The position numbers were made by a program, and so were the translations under genes. From the NCBI GenBank assembly GCA_008369845.1, contig MRSU01000244.1, positions 1-44,699 of the forward strand: DNA of 44,699 bases, given 5' to 3'. Origin of the DNA: Trichomonas gallinae (Eukaryota). Below, in pieces: positions 1-10,847 of this stretch (positions are counted from its first letter, which is position 1; each line of letters opens with the position of its first letter). The notes under the pieces were generated by a model. That model searched no databases. It was not told where the DNA came from and was given only the letters and a program-made list of their open reading frames with translations.

Positions 1-564
1 GCTCAAAAAAACTCTGTAAAAACCCTAAAATTTTATAAAAAATTGGTATTTTTTTACATAATTATCGTTATCGTTCCGCCTTTGGCGCCGGCGAACCATA
101 TGGCGCCTAAATTCTAGCGCCATTTCGACATGTATACTTCTCAGTAAATATTTTGTATTCCATTACATGCTAGTCTAATATTTCAAAATTTAGAGGTAGG
201 GTGACAGACGCTTTTCACGTGGATTTGGTCCATATTCAAAACATAAGAATGTATGCCTACAGTGATGAATTTTGTAGAGGTCCAACAGATTTTCCTACAC
301 CCAATTGGAAGATATTGAATTGATTCCGATAAACTGTAAGTGTTCGTGACTGCAGACTATTGACACGTTTATATAAACGAATGCATATTTAACAATTCAA
401 GTGTTATTCAGCAAAATCTACTTACAATTTTCAGAAATATAGCTAGAAATTTCGAGAATTTTTTTTAGTATCAGCTTTGATGTACATGATACTAGACATA
501 AACAGTAAAACTATTCATCCACTAATTTATTTTCTAAATTTATTTAAAATTACTTAAGTTTTTA

Positions 565-615
565 TTATCTTCCAGAATTGCATTTTTTATCTTCCAGACT
601 CGATTTTATCTTCCA
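565..615 (+). repeat. Three copies of TTATCTTCCA at ~20 bp spacing upstream of the ankyrin pseudogene
   Basis: Copies start at 565, 587 and 606 (spacing 22, 19). Confidence 0.75.
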
Positions 616-787
616 TGGTTGCATCCCTAAAGCTATTACAGTTATTTTGAACACTTTTCTGATACTTAGCAAAATTATGCCACTTTACATTTTGTCACTT
701 TTAAATTTTACCAAAAGAAGGAACGTTCGAAAATCAGAATGCTGTTACTCCAAATCTAGACAATTTTTGCGCTCCCTGGCACAGGCA

Positions 788-1278
788 ATGTCCACAGAGA
801 CCCAAGATCAAACCTTTAATAAAAATATCAACGATCTGAAAAAATTAAAAATTCAGATCTTCGATGAAGTTTATTGTATTTTCAGACATATCGCAGTAGA
901 AAACGATTTTGGTGATATGAATTTTGCTGTGAAGGAGAAATTCCGCGACGTTAAAAACAAAAAGAATGAATCCATATTTAATCGTTCAATCAAGGAATGT
1001 AATGTTCAACTTGCACATCTCATCAATGAATTTGGTGGCAACTATAATTTTAACTACAATGATTCTTATTATATCAGATTTATTTGCAATTTTCCACGTT
1101 TTGATGTCAATGATGCGTTGATTTCGGCTTCAAAAGAAGGTTATGAAATTGTCAAACTCCTTCTCGCAGTTCCGAGAATAGATGTCAACGCAAATACAAT
1201 GAAAATGAAACCGCTTTGATTTGGGCTTCAAAAGAAGGTTATGATGAAGTTCTCAAGCTCCTTCTCGGGGTATTTTAG
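788..1278 (+). pseudogene. Frameshifted, truncated ankyrin-repeat gene
   Basis: The ORF 578..1219 (likely ATG 788) ends with a degenerate ankyrin repeat, DVNDALISASKEGYEIVKLLLAVPRIDVNA. After a 1-nt frameshift near 1193 the next repeat continues as YNENETALIWASKEGYDEVLKLLLG and stops at TAG 1276-1278. Confidence 0.75.
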
Positions 1279-2035
1279 GGATCGGAAAATTGTACCACCC
1301 ATATATTAAGATTGGTATATTGCGTATTTAGCAATATGAATTTAGCACATTATTTGGTATTATTTGTATTTATTAGTAACTATAATTATTGGTGAGTGTA
1401 TTATTAAGTAATATCTCTAATATTGATGAAATTAATAAAATACGTAAATACATGCTTTCTACCATGCGATTCCATATTATATGCATATGGCAACGTATAA
1501 CAGAAAATATGCATTGATTATACTAGATTATTTAATCAAGATTAAATATCTGCAATAAAATCCACATGCAAACTCAGATTCATGGATAAATAACTTTGTT
1601 TAAAAATCAAAGCCCAAATATATATGTAACTAATTTAAATTAAATTACAAGTTATAGTCGCATTGGATTTTACGTACAGGGCGCATCGTTAATTCAATAA
1701 AAAATCAAGATATAGACGTTTTTAATCATAATACTTAAAACATTTCAAAGAATTTTGTAACTTTCAAATTGATAATAATTCGTAATAATATGCTTAATAA
1801 ATTTAAGATTATGGATAGTTTATACCTACTGTATGCAGTAAGTGACCTTCTCAACAATCTATGTTAATTTTGGCTCTCTCCTGCAAACAGACAAATTTTT
1901 CTCAGTTAAGCCATGCGGCCGAGCCAATTTTAGCGTCCAAAAAATTTCGGTCACTATACATCTCAAAATTTGGATATATTTTGTCATGTAATTATTTTTG
2001 TCACATAAATATTTTTCTTGTCAGAAAAACAAATT

Positions 2036-2656
2036 ATGGAATTACCAAGAATATTTTTTGAGGGCGGTGCTTGGCTTGTTTGGACAGCAGAAGAAGTCGA
2101 AATACTGAAAGTTAATGCTAAAGTTATGGGATCTGCTACAATGACGTCACCATGGTATAATCACCAACACAAATCTCTTGCATTACCATTCGAATTTACT
2201 GACTATGAGGCTTTATGGTGTGCACAGAATGGATTTTGCAAACTAATCAAACCGATTTTTAAAAATCAAATTCAACCAATCGAAAATTCCAATTACAAAA
2301 CCAAAAGCGTTATAGAACTCCATACCAATTCAGAGTTTGATGAAGAACAAGCTGATTTACCTACACCTCCAAAATTCAAATATGAGGTTTTTTGTAATTT
2401 AAAGAAATATGGATATACAGTTGGCGATGGCACACAATATGCATGCGATTTTGCAGTCTACAGAACGAATCCATGGGAGTGCCATTCATCAGCTCTTGTT
2501 TGGTGTGTTGAGAATGATTTTGATACACGAAAACTAATATCATGGGTTAGAATTGCAGATGGTGCTAAAAAGCATGGAATTGCTGCTATCGAAACTAAAA
2601 ATCAAATCAAATATCTAGAATTCAACAGATTTATGCAGAAATTTCCACCAGAATAA
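2036..2656 (+). CDS. SEN34: tRNA-splicing endonuclease catalytic subunit, Sen34-like
   Basis: Likely ATG at 2036. The N-terminus WLVWTAEEV...LALPFEFTDYEA resembles Sen34. The catalytic-domain motif GTQYACDFAVYRTNPWECHS...RIADGAKK retains the Tyr/His/Lys triad. Confidence 0.8.
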   Translation: MELPRIFFEGGAWLVWTAEEVEILKVNAKVMGSATMTSPWYNHQHKSLALPFEFTDYEALWCAQNGFCKLIKPIFKNQIQPIENSNYKTKSVIELHTNSEFDEEQADLPTPPKFKYEVFCNLKKYGYTVGDGTQYACDFAVYRTNPWECHSSALVWCVENDFDTRKLISWVRIADGAKKHGIAAIETKNQIKYLEFNRFMQKFPPE

Positions 2657-3107
2657 TCATAATACTACTAGTAACATCATCATCCAACTACTAGTTTCTT
2701 TTTTTTTTCATTCTTGAAAAAAATATTGCAATTTTTTTGCGCAACGCTTCATGTTTATCAGGTAAACTAATGACATACCAAAAATATCAAATCCATCTGG
2801 AAATCTCAAAATTCCAAATTTGTTTGTCAATATTATTTTATCATTTGCAAATTCATTAAAGCATTAATAGCTTTGCAAGTGATATGAAAAAGCACGTCAT
2901 AACGTGGTAGGATGCTTAACTGATTTACAGTTTGCAAAAATGTATTTTGTATTGTTTATTTAAGCTCATTATTGCATTGTTCTAAATTAATTTAGAGCAG
3001 GATGCATAGATAATGAGTCAATTTTTTTTTTTTCATTAATTTTTGCTTATAATAAATCATATGAATTTGTATATTTTTGCTTAGCTAGATAACAAACTGA
3101 TATATTT

Positions 3108-3488
3108 TCAAGCTTGCTGCTTGAGGTATGGCTTGATAAGTTCATTAACCTGAGCTTTGACAGCATCGCGCTGAGCTTGGATATAGATTCCTGTCTTCTT
3201 GATTGTAAGGATATTCTTATCAGCCTGGGCTAAATTCTGGCGAAGTGTTTTTAATGTATTTGGAACTGTGTCCAAAATGAAGGCCTTACCGCATGCCTGA
3301 TAGACAGGAACTGATGCATCAAGCTTGCTGACTTCATTGCGTGTGATGTACTTTGTACGACGCTGGCGTAATTCTAAATCTAATTGAGCAGAAAACTTGC
3401 TGAGATTATCACCAAGGTGTTCATCTTCTGCGTGAAGCTTCATATACTGCTTCATCTGCTCATCAGGAAGTTGAATACGGACACTCAT
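3108..3488 (-). CDS. Prefoldin beta-type subunit, PFDN1-like
   Basis: 126 aa, coiled coil-hairpin-coiled coil, with the beta-prefoldin hairpin motif VYQACGKAFIL. Confidence 0.8.
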   Translation of the reverse strand: MSVRIQLPDEQMKQYMKLHAEDEHLGDNLSKFSAQLDLELRQRRTKYITRNEVSKLDASVPVYQACGKAFILDTVPNTLKTLRQNLAQADKNILTIKKTGIYIQAQRDAVKAQVNELIKPYLKQQA

Positions 3489-3521
3489 GCTTTGGCTATA
3501 TATAAATTTAATAAACGGTTA

Positions 3522-3660
3522 TTACTTGGCAAAACTTATATTTTACGTATCAGAATCCTAGTTTACATGTCAAAATCAATTTTATCTAAAAATGTCATTG
3601 TAAAATAATTTACATGTCATAAATATGTTTATTTGCCATATAAACTATTTATTAGACAAA
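3522..3660. promoter_or_regulatory. Cluster of TTACNNGTCA-like motifs at ~20 bp spacing in a divergent promoter
   Basis: ttacttggca 3522, ttacgtatca 3543, ttacatgtca 3563, ttacatgtca 3610, ttatttgcca 3629, ttattagaca 3649. Confidence 0.6.
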
Positions 3661-3682
3661 TTCAACTGTACGTTTAGCAAAA

Positions 3683-4378
3683 ATGATTGTTAAGCTAAAA
3701 ATCGATTTGAAGCAGAAAGAGTTTGAGATTTCCAACCAAATAGTGCTAATCAATGACTTACAGACACAACTGTCGAAAATAAATGCAGAGATTAAACAAA
3801 ATCAATTAAAAATTACTTCAATTCAAGGAGAAACAACAAAATTATGTAATGAAAATGTACATCTATCGAATGAAATAGAAAATATAAAGAAATTAATTGA
3901 TGAAAATAAGAAGATAGCTCAAGCAAAATCTAAAAACAACCAAAAATTAAAAAGGAAGATCGACAAATATCAGAATTTTCTTACAGAGCTAACATCACAC
4001 CAACGATCATATAAAGCACAGTCATATAAAACAGAGAAAAGTTTCCAAAAATATAATCTCGAAATTAACACATTAATTGAACAAATTCGAATCCTACAGA
4101 GTGAAAATGCAGAATTAAGCAAGAAATACGAGTTAAAACAAAATATTCGAAATGAAAAAATAATTATGGCAAATAGAATGGATATTCTCAATAGAAAATA
4201 CACAGGTGTATACAACCAAATTGAATCATTGGTGCAACAAGCTAACGAGCGCGAATTGATGAAGTATCAACTTGAAAATACGTTAAATGATTTAAAGAAC
4301 CAAGAATATGATATGAGAACACTAATAGATCAGCAAAACCAGCAGTATGTCAATGAAACTTACAAAGATCTAAGATAG
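3683..4378 (+). CDS. Hypothetical coiled-coil protein
   Basis: 231-aa ATG-initiated ORF, K/E/Q/N-rich with heptad pattern, divergent from the prefoldin gene. Confidence 0.7.
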   Translation: MIVKLKIDLKQKEFEISNQIVLINDLQTQLSKINAEIKQNQLKITSIQGETTKLCNENVHLSNEIENIKKLIDENKKIAQAKSKNNQKLKRKIDKYQNFLTELTSHQRSYKAQSYKTEKSFQKYNLEINTLIEQIRILQSENAELSKKYELKQNIRNEKIIMANRMDILNRKYTGVYNQIESLVQQANERELMKYQLENTLNDLKNQEYDMRTLIDQQNQQYVNETYKDLR

Positions 4379-4786
4379 TTTTTAACATATTTTCTTTTTT
4401 CTTTTATTTTCATTTAGAAATCATAATATAATGTCTATACACAAAACAAGAGTTATGCCTTGATGTTAACTAAGAAAATACTAATTTTTATTCAAAATTA
4501 GATGAAATATTTGCTATATCATGCATATTTATAATTGTTTGTTTAAACATCTTCATCTTATTACTATTACATATTCCAAAAATGATTAGAATTGATAGAG
4601 TGTTGAATTTTAACTTGATATTGATAAACAAAAAGATATATAATATAAGATGCATGGTATGTAAAATTCTATTTACATCTATCTATAGTCTTCATTGGTT
4701 TTCATTCTAATTCTTTAAATGTTATGTTCCAAATCTCTCATTTTTGTAATTTGTTAGAAAATAATTCAAAACATTTGTGTTTTGAA

Positions 4787-5524
4787 CTATTTTTTTTGAT
4801 ATGGGTCATATACCAATGAAACTTTATCATCAAGAGGATTTGATGCTTTTTGTAGAGATAAGACTCCAATGCCAAGTAATGATTTGTAATGAAATTCAGT
4901 GTAGTACAAAGACTTATCTATGTTTCTTGCCAAGAGATTTTGTCTTTTTGCGTTCGGACAGTGTTTCAAGTAATTAATTATTTCTTTTCTACCGTAATTC
5001 TCTGACTCATTGTAGGACGTGCCATTAGGAAGACCAATAAAGTAAGATTTATTTGGTGCAATATATAATAAATGTAATTGAACCATTTCGCGTATATTAT
5101 CTTCATTGAATCCAAAATTATTAAGTTCTTTTGTCGAAATTATATATTTTTGATGATTATTTAAAACTTTATCAGCAAAATCTGTTATAATTTGAACTCC
5201 AACTGATTTAAACTGAGAAACATAGTCATCATACAACATAAAAAATCTTTCCGTTGGGAAATCTGGCAAGTTAACATAAAATTGTCTGATAATTTTCTTA
5301 CGTAGGAGGACTTCGATTTCTGTTCTAACCGATTTTTTGTTTGTAGATTCAAGGAGAATCTGTGCTTCAGGAAAAATCGGAGGTGTTGGTCTGTAGCCAC
5401 CGTAATCATCAGCCTTTAGCCTAGGTTTCACGAATCTAAAGTAGTCGTCTTTAAGGTTAGCGATAATCTTATGCGTGTTATTGATGAATTTTTCAATTTC
5501 ACTGCCATCAGACAAGAAATCCAT
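4787..5524 (-). CDS. STK19: STK19-like tandem winged-helix protein
   Basis: Motifs PPIFPEAQI...RTEIEVLLRKKIIR, FGFNEDNIREMVQLHLL, YFIGLPNG...GRKEIINYLK and FHYKSLLGIGVL are collinear with STK19 motifs as recalled (PPIVLRSQV, GFRDSEITHLVNAGVL, WWLAVPGAG, GRQAVL, YHVHDLIGA). Confidence 0.65.
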   Translation of the reverse strand: MDFLSDGSEIEKFINNTHKIIANLKDDYFRFVKPRLKADDYGGYRPTPPIFPEAQILLESTNKKSVRTEIEVLLRKKIIRQFYVNLPDFPTERFFMLYDDYVSQFKSVGVQIITDFADKVLNNHQKYIISTKELNNFGFNEDNIREMVQLHLLYIAPNKSYFIGLPNGTSYNESENYGRKEIINYLKHCPNAKRQNLLARNIDKSLYYTEFHYKSLLGIGVLSLQKASNPLDDKVSLVYDPYQKK

Positions 5525-5685
5525 GATTTGGTTTTTTGTCCAAAATTTTATGCCACATAGAATATTTACATGACAAAAATTCGATTTACAAATAAAAACT
5601 GTTCTTTTAAAAATTTGTTTCCAAAATCGATTATATAAAGAGAAGTAATGAAAGACGTATGTTTAATTAAAAAAAAGTTTTCATC

Positions 5686-8600
5686 TTAGAATGGATCATC
5701 TGTAGGGATTTCAATCCACTTCTTGTAGACAACGAAGCCTGCATAGACAAGGACAACAAGGCCAGTGCATGCAGAAAGGAACAAAGCAACAACATATTGT
5801 GTAGTGAGCTTACTCTTTGGATTAACATTACCTTGTTTTGCTTCATCGACGAAATATGGTTCTCGCGGATTGGTAGCGTTTGTATCAGCCATTAAGCCGG
5901 CAATTCGAACTTTACCACTCGTGACTTTAAGTTCAAAGTCATGATCTGTGGCATTCTTAAGACCGTTCTTGAAGAATAAAAGTTGTTGATACATGGAATA
6001 GTCCGTGTTCTGGTAGACACCTGAAAGTTGGTTTGTATCGACAGTTCCGACTTTATAACCATCAATGTAGACATCGAAAGTACCTGCATTAATGCGTGAT
6101 TTGTCGCCAAGAATTGCAATGGTTTGACCAGTGGAATTCAATTTGACTGTCATCTTAAGAGAGCAGCCTTTTTCAAGATGCCATCCTTTACCATTATAGT
6201 AAAGACCTTGGGTGGTGAGATAGCAATTCTTATTGTTATTAACAGAAAAGCCTGTACTTGTAGCTGGAATAATGTTCTTGGTCTTGGATCCACTTTTAGC
6301 GTTAATTATGAATTCGTTGATGGAAGAATAATCGCCATTTGCATTTGACATGACTTTGATATCAAGTGTTTTACATGTGAGCTCGTTTCCTTGCAAAATA
6401 TCGAGTTCTCTGACTTTGAAATAAAAGTCACGAACATGTTTGCCATCACAGAAGATTGAAAGATTAGAGTTCATAAGGTCTTTGTTCGGAGGGGTATAAG
6501 TCCAAATTTCATTAAATGTCTGAGTTATGCCAAAATCAATAGTGTAGACATAAGGGAATCCCTGGTTCGAACATTTTGAATTTGATTCCGTAACTTTCCC
6601 ATCAAGTAACTGCTTAGACATGTCAAATTTAGGGTCATCTGCCTTTGGATATTTGGTAACTTTGATAATTGATCTATTTAATGGGATCCCTAATGGTTCA
6701 TAGAATTTACCAAACGTTGGCTCTTGTTCAATGCGTGGAAGGAATCTATATTTATCAACATCGCTGTCTGAGCACTCTGGGTAGTAGACATACTTTGCTG
6801 GAACTAAGACAAATGGGCCATTATTAAGGCTATAGCCAACTTCAGCATAGGCATTATTTACGTTGCCAAGAACAACAAGACGGAAGTTATAGCGTTTGCC
6901 AGCTGTGAGCTCGATAGAATTTATCTTCTGGTTCTTGTTGAATCCTTTATTAGAACCTGTAAGATCAGCTATAAGATAATCTTTGTCGCTATCTGGGTCG
7001 CCACTAAGCTTTTTCTCTGATAAGTAGAAGCGGACTGGAGAATTATACTTGATTGAGAATTTGTAGCTGGTTGTGTTCGGTGGGATCAAGACACCTTCTG
7101 TGACGCCGGCCCATGGCATCAGATTGTTATGAGCGCCGACACCATAGAGTTTGATACCGTCGCCAGCACGCATGATAGTTGGGACAATATTACCAAGGTT
7201 GTCATTGTATGCTTTATCTGCATCTCTAGCTTCTTTATATGTGCCAGATGGAAGTTTCATGTAGCTCATGCGGCAGCCTTTGACGATCTGACGGACTTTA
7301 ACGATAACTTTAGTAATTTGACCGTTTTTATCATCTTTGTAGTTCACGTAGAATTTATCAATCACAGAGATGTTAGATGGTGGAGTGTATTTGAAGCATC
7401 CTTTGTTTTTCAGCTGTTCAAACTTGCCTTGGCTTCCTTTCGAATCAATACTATCGAATGTGAATGTGTGCATGCCTTCTCTTGTCTTCTTCGTGTGCTC
7501 GAAATCGAAGTAATATGGAGCGTGTGCGCCAATTTGATATGGTTTGTGAGTCTCGAACTCAACATCATCCATGACATAACCGACAGCATATATGTTTGTG
7601 ACAGGATGGAATTCTTTGAGACCTTTAAACTTTTGATTGAACGTTTCGTTGGTCTTTGCGTTGAAGTCACGATCTCCTTGAACAAACGGGAATGAACTGA
7701 AATAAGGTCTAAGGTCGCGTTTGACGTAATTAGCAAGTTGAAGAATAAACTCGCCATGATAACCATAAGTATCTCTCTTATAATTGGTCCAATGGTTGTG
7801 TACATGTGCATATAAAGTTTGTCTCCATTTTTCGTGGCCGAACCAGTAAACCATATTGCCGTAAAAAACTAATGGACCGTTGTAGCCTGTCTTGTAGTTA
7901 ATTGTGCTGAACTCGTGAGTAACCCAGTTCCAGCCACCACCTTCGACCCAGTAGTTATTGGCCATATCGCACTGACGAGATGAATCGATTTCTGTGATCA
8001 AGGCGTATGTGATGAAGTTAGCAGCATTGTTGGTTGTTTCACCAGTTCCTTGTATACCCCAGCCAGCCTGGAAGTGGTGGCCGTATTCATGGACGTTACC
8101 CCAGCAGCCCCATTTTGCTGAGTCGTAGTTCATCATGGCATCGGCCCAGCCTGGTGGAGCTTGGATGAAGTTAGCACCAACCATGGCAAAAGCTGCGCCA
8201 AAACGAACATAATTATCAAAATTAAATTGCATTAGTGTAACAACTCTTCTATCATAATCATACCATCTTCTATCATAGTTAGGAACATCATTGAAGGAAT
8301 AGAAGATGCGGCTGACTGTGCGCCAGAATGCGCCAGCGTCGTTAAGTTTAATTTTACCACGAACACGATCAGCTGGGAATAAGCAGACAATGGCGCCGGT
8401 GTCAACAACGGCTAATGGAGCCTTGTATTCACGGAGTTCTTCCTCCCATTCTTGATCTGTGTTGACACCGTAGCGGAAATGAGGCATACGAATAGCACCT
8501 GTGATTTTAACTTCAATACCATCTTTATATTGATCACCAGGAACGATAATATCGATAGAACCACCAATAGGCCATGAGAAATAATTAGTTTGGTAAGGCA

Positions 8601-9183
8601 AAGTAAATTTGCATCTTGAGTTTGGCAATCTCCATTTAATGTTACCAGAAGATGGCTCAGTGTTGTGATTGAGATAAATTTCAGCTTTGCCCTTCATGAA
8701 TGAAGGAATTTCAACCTTGATTGGCTCACCTGGAAGAGCGTAAAGTGACGTCCAGTGTGGTGTTTTAATCCTTGAATTAATCCACATTCGAAGGCTGATA
8801 CGAGGAGCTGCTTCAATTTCTTTGATAAAGGTTGCGTTTGTAGTATATTGCTTAATACCTGCTGGATGGTAGTATAATTGAACATTATCAAGCTTTTCGT
8901 ATGCCTTGCAAAATAGACTGTTTGACTTTGAAGCTTCGGCGTTAATTTGTTCATCTGTAGCCTTATAGTTGTGGCCTGCCCATGGATAAACGTCATCAGT
9001 TGCAAACTGTGTACCTGCAAAACCGCTATTGCGGATATTTTTGATATTTACACTTGGTTTTCCAACATTGGGATTGAGGACCTCAAATGAGTCACCCTCC
9101 TGGCTCATGACCGTGTCTGTGCCCGGATAACCAAACTGACTCGGTGTATAACTAAAACACAAGCAAGAAAGAAAGCAAAACAT
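5686..9183 (-). CDS. M60-like (enhancin/mucinase family) zinc metallopeptidase; type I surface protein with predicted PA14 and carbohydrate-binding-like domains
   Basis: Short hydrophobic N-terminus, TSLYALPGE motif, WGNVHEYGHHFQ (HEXXH at 8077-8091) followed by ETTNN, beta-rich C-terminal modules, a single TM helix (YVVALFL...AGFVVY) and a short tail. Inr TCACT at 9204-9208 on the minus strand. Confidence 0.9.
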   Translation of the reverse strand: MFCFLSCLCFSYTPSQFGYPGTDTVMSQEGDSFEVLNPNVGKPSVNIKNIRNSGFAGTQFATDDVYPWAGHNYKATDEQINAEASKSNSLFCKAYEKLDNVQLYYHPAGIKQYTTNATFIKEIEAAPRISLRMWINSRIKTPHWTSLYALPGEPIKVEIPSFMKGKAEIYLNHNTEPSSGNIKWRLPNSRCKFTLPYQTNYFSWPIGGSIDIIVPGDQYKDGIEVKITGAIRMPHFRYGVNTDQEWEEELREYKAPLAVVDTGAIVCLFPADRVRGKIKLNDAGAFWRTVSRIFYSFNDVPNYDRRWYDYDRRVVTLMQFNFDNYVRFGAAFAMVGANFIQAPPGWADAMMNYDSAKWGCWGNVHEYGHHFQAGWGIQGTGETTNNAANFITYALITEIDSSRQCDMANNYWVEGGGWNWVTHEFSTINYKTGYNGPLVFYGNMVYWFGHEKWRQTLYAHVHNHWTNYKRDTYGYHGEFILQLANYVKRDLRPYFSSFPFVQGDRDFNAKTNETFNQKFKGLKEFHPVTNIYAVGYVMDDVEFETHKPYQIGAHAPYYFDFEHTKKTREGMHTFTFDSIDSKGSQGKFEQLKNKGCFKYTPPSNISVIDKFYVNYKDDKNGQITKVIVKVRQIVKGCRMSYMKLPSGTYKEARDADKAYNDNLGNIVPTIMRAGDGIKLYGVGAHNNLMPWAGVTEGVLIPPNTTSYKFSIKYNSPVRFYLSEKKLSGDPDSDKDYLIADLTGSNKGFNKNQKINSIELTAGKRYNFRLVVLGNVNNAYAEVGYSLNNGPFVLVPAKYVYYPECSDSDVDKYRFLPRIEQEPTFGKFYEPLGIPLNRSIIKVTKYPKADDPKFDMSKQLLDGKVTESNSKCSNQGFPYVYTIDFGITQTFNEIWTYTPPNKDLMNSNLSIFCDGKHVRDFYFKVRELDILQGNELTCKTLDIKVMSNANGDYSSINEFIINAKSGSKTKNIIPATSTGFSVNNNKNCYLTTQGLYYNGKGWHLEKGCSLKMTVKLNSTGQTIAILGDKSRINAGTFDVYIDGYKVGTVDTNQLSGVYQNTDYSMYQQLLFFKNGLKNATDHDFELKVTSGKVRIAGLMADTNATNPREPYFVDEAKQGNVNPKSKLTTQYVVALFLSACTGLVVLVYAGFVVYKKWIEIPTDDPF

Positions 9184-10847
9184 TTTTTTGAAAAAAAAAT
9201 TTGAGTGAAAAAATCAAAATCATCGAAAAATTTGAAAAATTGAAAATATATAATCGCAAAATAGTACCCAATTATTTTTATATAAGATAAAAATTGAGAT
9301 ATATGTCACGCCTGTAAGACATACGATGATAGACAAAATATTAATAAAAAATATATACGAATAAGATTATCGAAAAAATTAATTTTGAATGATTAATTGA
9401 ATTAATGACGGGTTATTTTATGAATGTCCAATCTTATTGCAAAAAAATCAAATTAGACGTCATACTATAACAGAATATGTGCTACTTTTCGAGTTGACAA
9501 ATCTTCGGTGGCATAAATATAAATAAATGAAGATATAGGGTCTAGACATATCATTTCACGTGCGAATTTCAAGCTGAAACCTGGGATATCAACCAGATAA
9601 GAGAGAAGCCTTTTTTTATCGGCTAAAATTTTATTGAATGAGTTAATTGATGTTTGTGAAAACATTAATAAGAATAATAAATTAAGATTTCTGACTATAA
9701 TCTTTTTGAGAGCGATTATAGAAAAATTTTCCTTATCAAAAATAATTAGAAATTATTATTAAGTTTTAGATTAAAAATGAACTTTTTGAAATTTCAAAAT
9801 GTTATAAACCTTTCGGAAAATCTGCTGCATTACCAGGTTTAATTAATTAAAAGTTAATTCACGGGCGTGATAATTATCTCAATTTTAATAAAATTACATA
9901 AACTTTTATTTTCTGAAGCTATCACAATTTTTTGACTTTAGAGGTTTTCTGGATAATTTCCTTGTAAACCTCATACATATTTACATAACAATCATATAAT
10001 CGCTCATTACTGATGAAATTTTCCGTATTTTTGATAAATTCTCATAAATCTACTGATTAACTGATACAGCGAAATATTTTGGATAATACTGTTCCTAGTG
10101 GTGGAATTTCTTACTGTGTATCGCATCTTGAGCTCTTATAAATGATCACTTTATCAGATATCAAACAAAGCAGAGTATTCACTGATTTACTTGCTTATCA
10201 ACGACAAAATAACTAATACAACAATATGGCTGCTGTGTACATCAATAATTTATAGCAACTCGCTCATCGAAACATCATAAAATTGATCTATACAATAGGC
10301 TAAACCCACAGCTTTTATCTAAAATTAAATTTGTACTCACTATCCCCAAAGAAACGGAAATCTCTCTCTTCATTCGTTGTTTCCCTCTATGATAGATATA
10401 GATGTATATAACAAACCCAGAGCGAATGCTAAAATCCTCAACTTGTTTATTGATTAACAAGTTGGTAAGAGCATTCATTTTGAATCTATATTTTCTAAAT
10501 AGTTTATCGCAATTTGTGCAACATATAGATGAAATATATGATTTTCTTGGCTCTGAGTAGATTTCAAAATTCTTTATTCTAGCGAGAGTCAATGAAATCG
10601 TTTGATTTACATTGATATTTTTGTTTATGTCATAGCTTGCTGATTACACACCTTGGTTAATAAAATTTGAAAAATAGAAAAGAATATAACATATAGTTAT
10701 ATGGTAAAAAGTGAAAGTACACATGTGTATATTATGAATCAACTCATATTTTTCCATGAGTTACAATTTTACTAAAGAAATTTGACATTTTTAATTTACA
10801 AAAATAATTTACAAAGCAAAATTTCAGATTTAACAAACAGTGAAAAA

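Noticed and set aside
262..340. Box C/D snoRNA beginning at GTGATGA
   Set aside because: There is no CTGA box D or terminal stem at a plausible distance.
1190..1219. Programmed frameshift in the ankyrin gene
   Set aside because: There is no slippery heptamer or stimulatory structure, and the shifted frame stops after a partial repeat.
9465..10592. Short ORFs 9465..9665 and 10275..10592 as genes
   Set aside because: They are short and AT-rich with no motifs, and one has a non-ATG start.
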